Below, in pieces: positions 1 through 9,901 of a stretch of DNA of 64,000 bases. A program made the position numbers and the translations under genes. The DNA is from Truepera sp. (lineage in GTDB: Bacteria; Deinococcota; Deinococci; Deinococcales; Trueperaceae). Numbering within the stretch: position 1 is the stretch's first letter; each line of letters begins with the position of its first letter. Under the pieces are notes generated by a model. It did not search any database. It was not told where the DNA came from and saw only the letters and a list, made by a program, of their open reading frames with translations. The stretch is from positions 544,001 through 608,000 of the forward strand of contig CBDCKW010000005.1 in assembly GCA_965218435.1 (NCBI GenBank), given 5' to 3'.

Positions 1-26
1 GGTAGAATTAGGTGAACTCGAGCAAG

Positions 27-90
27 GTGGCTGAGATCCTGATCGACGCAAGCGCCTGGATCGCCTTCTTCCGAGGGCATGATCGAGCTG
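27..90 (+). pseudogene. N-terminal fragment of a PIN-domain (VapC-like) toxin
   Basis: ILIDASAWIAFFRG matches the PIN N-terminal motif hhhD(T/A)S.WI.FFR; similarity is lost after about 20 codons. Confidence 0.55.
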
Positions 91-465
91 GAGGTACTGC
101 AAAACGTCCGCCCAGGCGAGGAGGACGTGCGAAGCCTTATGCACTCCGCACTCCGGCTCAGGACCGAACAGGTCGACTAGGTCGGCCGACTTGACGAATT
201 CTAGATTCATTTTCCTCTGGGTGTGCGAAACGTCCTTCACGATTAATTCCAGCAACGTGTCTAGACGCTGCCGATAGAGGTTGTTAACGCCGTCGTTGAG
301 ATACGTACCGAGTAAGGTTCCAACGCCAGGTAAAAGTTGCATCAGGGTTGCGCTGGCTTGACTTAGATTTTCGGCCGGGCGGTTAGCTTGGTAGGTCTCG
401 AGCGCTTGCTCCGGGCTGGGGAGCGCATGCTCGCTATCTTTACTGTCGTCCGTGCTTCATAATAA

Positions 466-3400
466 ATGACGAGCATGGTCTATCCGTGGGCGCGCTACTG
501 GTACCCCCGAGACGAGCAGGTACACGCCGAAAGCGGGATCCTTTGGCTGCCGACGGGTCAATACACGACCCACCTTCGGTCGGACGTTGCGACGCTCGAC
601 GCTTTAAGCCAGCACAACTGTCTGGTCCTCCTGGGTGAGCCGGGAGCGGGGAAAACCCACGCGGTTAACGAGTATAAGGATGGCGTCAGGGACGGAGCGC
701 GCTTTACCAAGGTGGACCTTGGGCAACTCGGTGACGCCTCTGACGTTCGCCAAGAGCTGTTTCACAGCGGTGCTTTCCAAAATTGGTTACAGGGGAACTA
801 CGACCTGCACCTTGTCCTCGACAGCTTCGATGAATGCGCCGTGACAGTCGGCAAGCTGGGCACTCTGATAACGAGGGAGCTTGGCAAGCATCTGCCCACC
901 GCGACGTTCACCCAAAGTGAGTACGACGAGCATAAAGACCGCTTTCCGGATGCACCCCAGGACCCAGCGTCCTTCGCCAGCAGAGTTGACGAGGATAGGT
1001 GGTCGATTGACCTGTCTCTACAAAGCAGCACCGAGTCGTTGTCGGCTCAACTGCGCGATTGGCTGAAAACAAAAACGCGAGCGTCGCGCCTTTACCTGCG
1101 CGCGGTATGCCGCACGGCTGATTTCCCTGAAACATTTGAGAAGGATCTTGCAGAACTTTTTGGCAGCGTCGGGGTTTTTCTCCTCGCCCCTTTACGCCGC
1201 GAAGATATAGAGCTTGCCGCGTGGCGTCACGGGTTGGATACCGAACAATTCATGACGGAGGTTTGGCGCCACGACGTTGCCCCTCTAGCCGGGAACCCGG
1301 TCACCCTGAGCCTCCTTATCCACGAATTCGAAAGTTCCGGAAACCTGTCAGCAGGCTACGAAAGCCTTTTTGTACGAGGCAGCTTAAGACTTTGTAAAGA
1401 GCATAGCCGGAGCCGCCTCGAGAGCGGTCACGTAAGCGATCTCGATGAGGAGCAGCTTTTGCGCATCGCTGCCCGCATCGCCGCTGTTTTGACCTTCAGC
1501 AACCGCGAGAACGTGTTCACCGCGGATGATCTCGACGCTAAACCTTTAGACCTTTCGCCGTCCGAAGTGTACGGCCGTACCGAAAAGGCTCACGATACCG
1601 TTTTCGACGTCAACTCAAAAGGGGTCAGAGAAGTGCTTAGCCGGGGAATCTTTTCTGACCGTGGCCGGGGACGCAGAGGCTTTGTCCACCGACAGTTCCG
1701 TGAATTTCTAGCTGCCTGGTACTTAAAACAACGCGAACTCCCGGTAAGCCAGCTGATGAACTTGCTCCTGCATCCGGCAGACGGCAAGGTTATTCCGCAA
1801 CTCGCCGAAACGGCAGCGTTCCTTGCCGCCTTGATTCCGGAAGTGTTCGAGGGCCTCCTCGCGGTTGATCCGGAAGTGCTGCTCCGTAGCACCCTGGCAA
1901 GTCTTCCGCACGAGACACGGGCAAAATTGGCAGACACGCTGTTACGTCAGTACGAAGCGAATCCGCTCCCATCCCTAATGCAGGGCGTATACGGGCGTCT
2001 AAACCAGCTAAAACACCCGGGGCTCGCGGGCCAACTCCGTCCGTACCTCGCCCGCCCGCAAGACTTTGAGACCCGGACCTTTGCAATGCGGGTCGCCAGA
2101 GAGTGCGACGTCCGCGAGCTCGCCTCAGAGCTTGTAACGGTCGCCCTCGACGCCGCTGAAGAGTACAGCTTGAGAACGCTGGCCGCGGCCGTGGCCGCTG
2201 AACTTGGCGACTCACAAAACAAGCTTTTGCTGCGGCCGCTCCTCGATGATGCCGACAACCCGAACGATGAACTCAGAGGGGTCGCGTTGCAAGCGCTATG
2301 GCCAGAACACCTCGGTGCCTCGGAGCTGTTCGAGCACCTCGGGACGCCGAAGCGTTCCGGTGTCGTGGGGGCCTACAGCATCTTCCTGGGCAAGTACGCG
2401 TCCATAGAAGGTTTGTATCCCGGCTTCGCCAGCTTCCTCAAAGACGATGAGCTGACGCTAGCGCTCGACTGGATGTACGAGGCTGAAGAGGTCAACAGCA
2501 CCGGGGACGAACTGCGCGTAGCAGCCGACACGGTCATGTCTAGGGCGTGGCGCGTCTTCGACACGCCGGAGGTGGCAAGGCGTTTCGCCCGTAACGCCTT
2601 GCGCCGAATCAACGCCCATCTGAGGATCGTGGGGAACGAGTTGGACGGTGTCGAGCAGGCGTTCGTGTCGGAGTTGCAACAGCAACCGGCAAAGCGCCGG
2701 CGTCTTGTAAACTTGATGATCGATCAGCGCGACGAGCTCTTTAGCGTGATGAACTTCCTCGGGTATCAGCCTCCCCTCATCGGTAAGAACGAAGGTGACG
2801 TTCTTTGGCTTCTGGAGCGCCTGAAGCGCGCGGCGGAGCCGGATGAGCGTTACGCCTTTTCATATTTTCTCGAATACCTGCTAGACCCCACGATCCCTTC
2901 TATTCGAGACCCGATTCTGCAAGCGGCGCAGGAGGTGGAAGAACTCGGTAAGGTCCTCAACTTGAGACCCGTCGACCTCGATTCCGAACTGGCTGAGAAG
3001 TTGCGAAGACGTGAAGCGGGGCGGCGAGAGATGGAAGCGCGTCATGCCGCAGCCAGGGAAGGACTACCTGGTCCCGTTGCGGAACCGCTGAACAAAGCTC
3101 GCGACGCACTTACTGAGTTCAACCAAGGTGACCTGTCCGCTTGGGCAAGGGTGCTGTTTTACCTGTCCATGAAGCCGGGAGACACCGCCCACACTCGGGT
3201 ACACGACCCTTACACCGAAACGCATCCGGGCTGGCTGCAAGCGCAGGAGGCACTTAAGGAGGACATCTTGAGAGCCGCCAGCTCATACCTCGTTAAAGGT
3301 TCACCCGAGGAGGAGAAGTGGAGGCGAAGCGGAGACGCGGTGATGTCCCCCGGCTATAGCGCCTTACGTCTCCTCCTGAGCGCTGCCCCGCAGGCTGCCG

Positions 3401-4848
3401 AGGCGGTACCCGACACCATCTACCAAATCTGGGCAGGTCCCGTCTTGGAAATACTGGAGGTTCCCAGTCAGACCGCCGACCCAACACTTGACATGGCGTG
3501 CGCGGTGTACGCTAAGGCTCCCGACGCTACACTCAATGCAGCGAGAGAGTTGCTCAAGCAAGAGGGCCACTACAGCTCGGTCATCCAGAAGCTTGGCCGC
3601 TGTTGGGATCACGGCATCGCCAGCATGTTCGAGGCTGAGCTTGACGGGGCCTTACCGCTCGAGTCCCGCCTCGAAATTTTGGCAGGGCTTTTGCAACAAG
3701 GCAGTGTGACTGCAAGGCAGTTCGCGGCGGACCGTCTGGAGCGACGGTCCGAGTCGGACGACGCTTTCAAAGAGGCCACAGCGGTTGCCGTCACGCTCTA
3801 TACAACCGCTCCGGACCATGGCTGGACCACGCTCTGGCCAATCCTCCAAGCCGAGGAAAGATTCGGGCAAGCGTGGATAGATGACCTGCTCCACCGCCAC
3901 TCCCACCTTTGGGCTACCCCGGTAAGGTTATCCGAGCCGGACGCTGCCGACCTGTTCATATGGCTCGAGCGGCGTTACCCGCACGCCGAGGACCCGAAGC
4001 ACCCGAGTGGGGTTGTGTACTCACCGGAGCACCGCGACCGTATCGGGAGTTTCCGCGACGCCCTGCTTCGTAACCTCGAGGTGCGCGGCTCAGTTGAAGC
4101 GGTCGAGGAACTCAGGCGCGTCCAGCTAGAGCTTCCCGAGCTGAATTGGCTGCCGCAGGCCGTCGACGCTGCCTTGGCGGAGATGCGTAGGCAAACGTGG
4201 CGGTGGCACTCGCCCGAGGCTCTGCTGGAGGTTTTGTTCGATCCGGAAAAGCGTTACGTGCGGAACGCGGACGAGCTTTTAGACGTTGTTCTCGAGTCAC
4301 TCCGCCGCATGGCAGGCAAATTGCAGCATCAGGAAACGCCCCTAGCGTCGTTTTTGTGGAATGAGTGGGAGATTGGTAACGACGGGGGGAAGAAAACTAA
4401 ACGTTATAAACCCAAAGAGGAAGAGGCCCTTTCGGACTGGGTGAAGGTCCATCTTGAGGACGACCTTGCACACCGGGGCGTCGTTATCGGACGGGAGGTC
4501 AAAATTAGGAAGGGTGAGTACACCGATGTCCACGTCACTACCCATGAAAGGAAGGCTGACGGCTCAATCGGCGACCGTATCAAGGTCATTGTGGAGGTCA
4601 AAGGTTACTGGAACGGCGAGTTGAAGAAAGCGATGGCGACACAGCTGGTGGAGCGTTACCTGGCAGGCGACGATTGTAAACGGGGCGTTTACCTCGTGGG
4701 ATGGTTTAACTCGGAAGAGTGGCCTGAGCGCCCGAGGAAAACCTGGGAGTTTGCCGAGGTCTTAAACGAGCTACAAGACCAGGCTAGTAAACTTTCAGTT
4801 GAAGGCGTCCGGGTAGAGGTCTTGATGGTCGATGCTTGTTACCGGTGA
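466..4848 (+). CDS. STAND/NACHT NTPase with long helical region and C-terminal PD-(D/E)xK nuclease; probable defence protein
   Basis: Walker A GEPGAGKT, Walker B LVLDSFDE, sensor CRT, GNP motif, winged-helix FVHRQFREFLAAWYL, HEAT-like helices, and C-terminal REV..YTDVHV..IVEVKG. Confidence 0.8.
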   Translation: MTSMVYPWARYWYPRDEQVHAESGILWLPTGQYTTHLRSDVATLDALSQHNCLVLLGEPGAGKTHAVNEYKDGVRDGARFTKVDLGQLGDASDVRQELFHSGAFQNWLQGNYDLHLVLDSFDECAVTVGKLGTLITRELGKHLPTATFTQSEYDEHKDRFPDAPQDPASFASRVDEDRWSIDLSLQSSTESLSAQLRDWLKTKTRASRLYLRAVCRTADFPETFEKDLAELFGSVGVFLLAPLRREDIELAAWRHGLDTEQFMTEVWRHDVAPLAGNPVTLSLLIHEFESSGNLSAGYESLFVRGSLRLCKEHSRSRLESGHVSDLDEEQLLRIAARIAAVLTFSNRENVFTADDLDAKPLDLSPSEVYGRTEKAHDTVFDVNSKGVREVLSRGIFSDRGRGRRGFVHRQFREFLAAWYLKQRELPVSQLMNLLLHPADGKVIPQLAETAAFLAALIPEVFEGLLAVDPEVLLRSTLASLPHETRAKLADTLLRQYEANPLPSLMQGVYGRLNQLKHPGLAGQLRPYLARPQDFETRTFAMRVARECDVRELASELVTVALDAAEEYSLRTLAAAVAAELGDSQNKLLLRPLLDDADNPNDELRGVALQALWPEHLGASELFEHLGTPKRSGVVGAYSIFLGKYASIEGLYPGFASFLKDDELTLALDWMYEAEEVNSTGDELRVAADTVMSRAWRVFDTPEVARRFARNALRRINAHLRIVGNELDGVEQAFVSELQQQPAKRRRLVNLMIDQRDELFSVMNFLGYQPPLIGKNEGDVLWLLERLKRAAEPDERYAFSYFLEYLLDPTIPSIRDPILQAAQEVEELGKVLNLRPVDLDSELAEKLRRREAGRREMEARHAAAREGLPGPVAEPLNKARDALTEFNQGDLSAWARVLFYLSMKPGDTAHTRVHDPYTETHPGWLQAQEALKEDILRAASSYLVKGSPEEEKWRRSGDAVMSPGYSALRLLLSAAPQAAEAVPDTIYQIWAGPVLEILEVPSQTADPTLDMACAVYAKAPDATLNAARELLKQEGHYSSVIQKLGRCWDHGIASMFEAELDGALPLESRLEILAGLLQQGSVTARQFAADRLERRSESDDAFKEATAVAVTLYTTAPDHGWTTLWPILQAEERFGQAWIDDLLHRHSHLWATPVRLSEPDAADLFIWLERRYPHAEDPKHPSGVVYSPEHRDRIGSFRDALLRNLEVRGSVEAVEELRRVQLELPELNWLPQAVDAALAEMRRQTWRWHSPEALLEVLFDPEKRYVRNADELLDVVLESLRRMAGKLQHQETPLASFLWNEWEIGNDGGKKTKRYKPKEEEALSDWVKVHLEDDLAHRGVVIGREVKIRKGEYTDVHVTTHERKADGSIGDRIKVIVEVKGYWNGELKKAMATQLVERYLAGDDCKRGVYLVGWFNSEEWPERPRKTWEFAEVLNELQDQASKLSVEGVRVEVLMVDACYR

Positions 4849-5235
4849 TGGTCGTTTTCCAGGAGCGGGTCGACCTTTCGCGTTCGAATTGGCACGTTAC
4901 ATCTGGGCGTTAAGAATCAGCAAAAACGGACGCGCTCCGCTACACGCTTTGGTTGCAGTTTAGAACACTCGCCTCAGCGAGAGAGCAGCGCTAGAACCTT
5001 AGATATTAAGGTAAAATCTTCTTGTGAACGTATCCGTCCTACCGAAAACCGGACTCACGGAACCACGGCTGCACCAACCCGGAGGCGTCCACGGCGTCGC
5101 ATCTCCCGTGCCCATCGCGCTAGCGTTGCACACATGCTATGCGCTCAATAAGGAAATGAAGGTGGACGGTAACCAAGATACGAACTACCACCAAGAGGTG
5201 CTGTTTGAGGACGCAACCGGAGCGGAGCAAAGCAG

Positions 5236-8200
5236 ATGTCCATGACGGGGAAAGCAGCCGAAGGCCATGCTCACAGATCCACCGGGCAAGGCGTTGTTGA
5301 CCGACCGGGCGTGACCGCTGATCGGAGATTGGATGTCCTGTTTAAAGAGCGCTTCCACGGAGCCGTCAACATTCGCGGCATCCGCTATCAGCTGCTCTAT
5401 ACGCTGCTGCGCGCGTTCGATCTCTACGGCGAGGCAACCTCGCTGACCTTTGAAGGCATCGAAGACCTCGACCTCAAAGGTTTCGCGCTAGGAAACCTTT
5501 TCGTTCAAGTTAAGTCCGCCGACCGTCCCTGGAACTGGGCGAAGCTTAAAGAGCCTTTAAGTAACTTTCTCGAGGCTTCACGTGCCGATCCGTCAAGTCG
5601 TTTCCAGGTAGTGTTCAGCTTCCCGCTGCGTGGGGACATCGCAGCCCTGGCGCACCGAGCTTCCCTTTCCACGGCCGAGAAAACAAAGATCGAATCCAAA
5701 TTTCGCTCCCTCTGCCGAAACATCGATGCGTCAGAAACTGAAGTTGAAGCACTGCTCTCAACGCTCACCATCTCATCTGCACCTGAGGACGGGATCTGGT
5801 ACCAGTTGAGGCAGGCCGTCGCCGAACGCTTCAACCTCGGAAGCGAGGGTCTCGACGTCTACCTGGCGGCGCTCGTGGCTCGTACCCTGGACTGGGCAAA
5901 AGAGCGGAGCACGATCACGCGCGTCGAACTCGAGCAAGTCAGGGCTTCTGTCGGCGAGGCACTTGCCCGCGAGGAGACATTTCAGGCGTACGGCCGGGCT
6001 CTCATCGGAAGGGCTAACTGGCGGGACGACTCGAGCCGCGAAGACTTCTTCGAGGGAAAGGGTACGCGGCCCGGTCACGTCGTCGCGAACGCCGATGTGC
6101 GCCGCGGCACCTGGCTCGAGCGGATCGATCAGGCGTTGCGCGCCTCGAAGGTGTGCATACTCCGCGCGTCGAGCGGACAGGGCAAGTCGACCCTGATGTA
6201 CCGCTACGCCTTCGACCGCTGGCCCCACGAGGACACGTTCGTGCTTCAAGCGGCGCAGACGCCGGAGCAGGTCGAGCAGGTCCGCAGCTACCTGCGCTTC
6301 CGGAGTGAGCTCGGCCTCCCCACCCTGCTCCTGATCGATGACGCGGGCTGGGCCACGCGGCTGTGGCCGCAGGTCGCCCAAACCTGCGCGGCACTCGGCG
6401 TAAGGGTGCTGGTTACCGTTCGCCACGAGGACTGGTTCCGGTTCGGTCAAGAAAACCTTTTCACCTACGAGGTCATCGAGCCGACACTCGAGCTGGTCGA
6501 GGCTCGCGAGATCCACCGCGCCTTCCGCGCCGCCGGGCAACTCCACCCCTCCGTCAGGTCCGCGGAGTGGGCGTACGAGAGAGTGGGCGAGCCGCACCTC
6601 CTGCTCGAGTACACTTACCTGCTCACGCACGGTCAGATGCTCGAGGAGCGCCTCCGCGACCAGTTGCAGCAGTTCGGCGCGCAGAGGGAGGACCCCGCGA
6701 AGCTCGAGGTGCTACGGCGGACGGCGCTGGCCAGCACGTTCGGGGCACCCATCGAGGCGCGCAAACTGTTTGCCGACCTACCTCTCCGAGATGACCCGCA
6801 ACAGGTCGCCCAGTCGTTGACCAACGAGTATCTAACGCTCGAAGGCGGCATGCTGGCGGGCCTTCATTGGGTGCGTTCCGACCACCTTGTCCGCCTTCTC
6901 CACCAAGGGTACCCGGACCTGACGACAACTGCCGAGAATACCCTCGACCTCGTCCCTAACGGTAGCACCGCGATCTTCGTGGCGAACGCGATGAGCCACC
7001 CCGACGTCGACCCGGAGCGATTCCTCGATGCGCTGGTATCTCGAGCGCGGACCGCGCCTAGCGCGACGATGGTCGCCTTCCTCGAGGGGGCCTTCGAGGC
7101 CGGCGAACGGGTGTATTTCCGCCACAAACGGCCTGTGTTCGACAAGATGTTCACAGACTTTGGCACGTCAGGTCCGTACCTCCTGGGCATGTCGGACGGG
7201 TCCGCCGAGCGGATCGACCTCGTAGGGCAGTTCGCCGACACGCTGGGAGACAAAGGGGCCAACTTAAGGGAGTTGCAGGCCCTCGCGCGAGAACCAGCCC
7301 CCGTGCCGCGCGGGCTGGAGCACTGCGCCACACTCCTCAACCGAGCGGCGGACGTAATCGAGCCGGAGCGGGTGCACCACGACTTGGGGAGCCTCGGGCG
7401 GCTGCTGGACTGGTGTGCCGCGAGCGACGTCCGGCTGCCCTGGTGGCCCGAACTCAGAGGTCACCTTCCCACCAGGTCCGATGCGCTCCGCCTCCCGCTT
7501 GCCGACCTCGGCAGCTTCACCCAGGGGCTGCACCGTTACGACGCCGACGCCTACGAGGCGTGGTTCTCGGAGCACAGAGACGACCTATTCGGCTACCTCA
7601 AGCTCCACACAGGCTGCCTAACGCTCGAGGTTGGGAATGACGAACTCTTCATCGAGTTTCTGGTGGACGAGTCGGCGATCATGGACACGAACGAGCAGGC
7701 GGTCTCACGCTTGAGAGCCTTGCGCATGGCCCTTCCGTTCTGCGACACCTACCGCTCGCGCGGGATATACACCTTGCCGTTCGGTCTGGTGCCCTCGTAC
7801 GACGCCACATTGAAGGAAGTAACAAGACAGTATTTACCTGTCCCGGGCGAAACGTGGAGAAACAGCAGGCTCCTACGCCTGGCGAAGACCGCGTTCCTCC
7901 CGGACAGCTTCTATCTGTACCAGGAGGCGCTGGCTCAGGCCCGACGACACGCTCTAAGCTTCATCAGGTCGCTCTCGAACGGGTTGAAGAACAGCCTCGA
8001 GGGTCGTCGTGTGGACCTTATAAACACCGTTAGGTCAGGCGTTAACCTTGTCGGCGAGCTAAAGCACTTACCTGACCCCCCGGCGCAGACGCCCGGAGCG
8101 GTGAAGGATGCGCTCAAGAAGGTCCATAAGGACTGGGCCTGGAATTTACAACTTTCGATTTCTCAGATGTTCGAGTTCACCCGAACTCAGGAGCGGCGCG

Positions 8201-9231
8201 TTGGCGCTCTGGCGGTTCATAACTTCGGTGAAGTCTTGAGGTATCTGCCATCCACGCACCAAGCCCTCGACACGCTGTTCGGGACTGCCCCCGACTACTT
8301 CGGCATGAGCGAGCTGAACCATGACGAGCTTCGCGTGTACGCCGTACTCGCCGACCTGTTAGAGGCGTGGATTGTCGACCCGCCGAACACCCGGCAGAAG
8401 AACATTCTGTCCTACGTGAGAGAGAAACGTTCCCAAAAGGAGCGGGATAAACGCGGCCTCCTGCGCGCCGCGATCGAGCCTTTGGGACAAGATTTTACGC
8501 ACCTCACGCCTGAACCGCACATCGCGCACGACGGCCCACTCGCGTACACCGCTATCGTTTTCTCCGTCCAATCACCCTTCAACTTCGACGAGGAGCTTAG
8601 TCGGCTCCTGGACGCACTGGCGGGAGCCGCGGAAGTCGCGGACTTCTTCTATCTCGTTCCTGCTTACAACAATGCCCGTTTCCTTGAAGGCGGCTATCTG
8701 CTCAGCGCCAGGCAGATCCGCGCGCTGAAGGAAGCGGACAGACTCGATTGGGAGGCGCTAGTCCCACGACCACCACCAAACGTTTTAAGCCAGGCCCTCC
8801 CAGCCATCCCGCTTTTACCCCTTCCGCTGTGGCAGCTGCGGATGGATGTGCTCGCGCTCCTCGGCCGCCTCAGCTCCCTGTTGCAGGTCCAGGAGCGGCT
8901 GGCGACGTTAGATTCGGAAAACCGGTTTGAGCGCCAGCTCTTCAGGCAGGAGGACGCCAAGCTCGGGAAGGTGCTCGTCGAGCTTAAGGCGGTCGCCCTC
9001 GAGCTCGGTGGCCGCTCGACTGCTCGGATGGCGTTCGCCCACGCCGAGCCGAGCTACCAGACGCTGCTCCGCTTCTTTCGAGCGTTTGAGTCTATCGCGG
9101 AACACCGCACTCCCGGACAAAACCTTCGAGAGTTGCCGCCGCCCGAAGAAGGAATCAGAGCGTTAGAGGCGGTGATCGATTCGACCTACCGGGCCGTACT
9201 TAGTGCTGACCACGACAGCGCACAATCATGA
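5236..9231 (+). CDS. Avs-like STAND NTPase with N-terminal Cap4/DUF4297-like nuclease
   Basis: N-terminal GAVNIRGIRYQ..FEGIEDLD..FVQVKS, Walker A ASSGQGKS, Walker B LLLIDD, long C-terminal helical region. Confidence 0.75.
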   Translation: MSMTGKAAEGHAHRSTGQGVVDRPGVTADRRLDVLFKERFHGAVNIRGIRYQLLYTLLRAFDLYGEATSLTFEGIEDLDLKGFALGNLFVQVKSADRPWNWAKLKEPLSNFLEASRADPSSRFQVVFSFPLRGDIAALAHRASLSTAEKTKIESKFRSLCRNIDASETEVEALLSTLTISSAPEDGIWYQLRQAVAERFNLGSEGLDVYLAALVARTLDWAKERSTITRVELEQVRASVGEALAREETFQAYGRALIGRANWRDDSSREDFFEGKGTRPGHVVANADVRRGTWLERIDQALRASKVCILRASSGQGKSTLMYRYAFDRWPHEDTFVLQAAQTPEQVEQVRSYLRFRSELGLPTLLLIDDAGWATRLWPQVAQTCAALGVRVLVTVRHEDWFRFGQENLFTYEVIEPTLELVEAREIHRAFRAAGQLHPSVRSAEWAYERVGEPHLLLEYTYLLTHGQMLEERLRDQLQQFGAQREDPAKLEVLRRTALASTFGAPIEARKLFADLPLRDDPQQVAQSLTNEYLTLEGGMLAGLHWVRSDHLVRLLHQGYPDLTTTAENTLDLVPNGSTAIFVANAMSHPDVDPERFLDALVSRARTAPSATMVAFLEGAFEAGERVYFRHKRPVFDKMFTDFGTSGPYLLGMSDGSAERIDLVGQFADTLGDKGANLRELQALAREPAPVPRGLEHCATLLNRAADVIEPERVHHDLGSLGRLLDWCAASDVRLPWWPELRGHLPTRSDALRLPLADLGSFTQGLHRYDADAYEAWFSEHRDDLFGYLKLHTGCLTLEVGNDELFIEFLVDESAIMDTNEQAVSRLRALRMALPFCDTYRSRGIYTLPFGLVPSYDATLKEVTRQYLPVPGETWRNSRLLRLAKTAFLPDSFYLYQEALAQARRHALSFIRSLSNGLKNSLEGRRVDLINTVRSGVNLVGELKHLPDPPAQTPGAVKDALKKVHKDWAWNLQLSISQMFEFTRTQERRVGALAVHNFGEVLRYLPSTHQALDTLFGTAPDYFGMSELNHDELRVYAVLADLLEAWIVDPPNTRQKNILSYVREKRSQKERDKRGLLRAAIEPLGQDFTHLTPEPHIAHDGPLAYTAIVFSVQSPFNFDEELSRLLDALAGAAEVADFFYLVPAYNNARFLEGGYLLSARQIRALKEADRLDWEALVPRPPPNVLSQALPAIPLLPLPLWQLRMDVLALLGRLSSLLQVQERLATLDSENRFERQLFRQEDAKLGKVLVELKAVALELGGRSTARMAFAHAEPSYQTLLRFFRAFESIAEHRTPGQNLRELPPPEEGIRALEAVIDSTYRAVLSADHDSAQS

Positions 9232-9901
9232 ACGAAGACATAACAGGTCCGTGACGCCCCCAGAAGCGGAGGCGTATTTGCGGTCTCCCACGGACGACCA
9301 GTTCTCGCGCCTTTGGGAATCTCTACGGGCTTCTAACGACGATTCGCTGGGTAAGGTGATCGAAGACGTGTGGTCGCGCCTCGAGGCGTTGAAAGCGCAA
9401 AACGAAGCGGCGCCCAAGCACCTTGCCAAGCTGCTACACGTTTATGGACGCCTCCTCGAGGCTCAAACCCTCTTGGACAGTCATCTCACAACTCACCCGG
9501 ACGACATCGACTCGATCGTGCAGCTCCAGCACATCGCCTCTGAGCGTGGCAACTACACGCTGTCCTACTGGTGCGTCAGTGAACTTCAGGCCAGGAGTGT
9601 CGATGCTTGGTTAGTCGACTTATGCGCCTTAAGGCACTACCTCATCATGGGAAAACAGGAGGCTGTCGCGACGGCCATCGACCTCTGTACGAGACTGGAC
9701 GTGCCGCAAGTGGCGCAGGCCGTTCTGCAAGCAGCTGTGCAATACGAGCATGGCTACCTGGCGTTCAAGGTCCTCTCCACGAGATTGGGACCTTATGTCG
9801 CCGAACATGCGCGTGTGCCGGAAAAAACCCGGTTACTCAACGCGCTTCGACGTACGGTCGTCGGCGTACTCGGTCAAAGAATAAGAGGGCAGGGACAGTA
9901 G
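9203..9901 (+). CDS. Hypothetical helical/TPR-like protein (alternative GTG start at 9251)
   Basis: 232-aa ORF overlapping the upstream gene; segment HLAKLLHVYGRLLEAQTLLDSHLTTHPDD is TPR-like. Confidence 0.55.
   Translation: MLTTTAHNHERRHNRSVTPPEAEAYLRSPTDDQFSRLWESLRASNDDSLGKVIEDVWSRLEALKAQNEAAPKHLAKLLHVYGRLLEAQTLLDSHLTTHPDDIDSIVQLQHIASERGNYTLSYWCVSELQARSVDAWLVDLCALRHYLIMGKQEAVATAIDLCTRLDVPQVAQAVLQAAVQYEHGYLAFKVLSTRLGPYVAEHARVPEKTRLLNALRRTVVGVLGQRIRGQGQ

Noticed and set aside
5024..5245. 73-aa ORF as an Avs3b-like partner
   Set aside because: No recognisable motif or RBS; it cannot be supported without a homology search.
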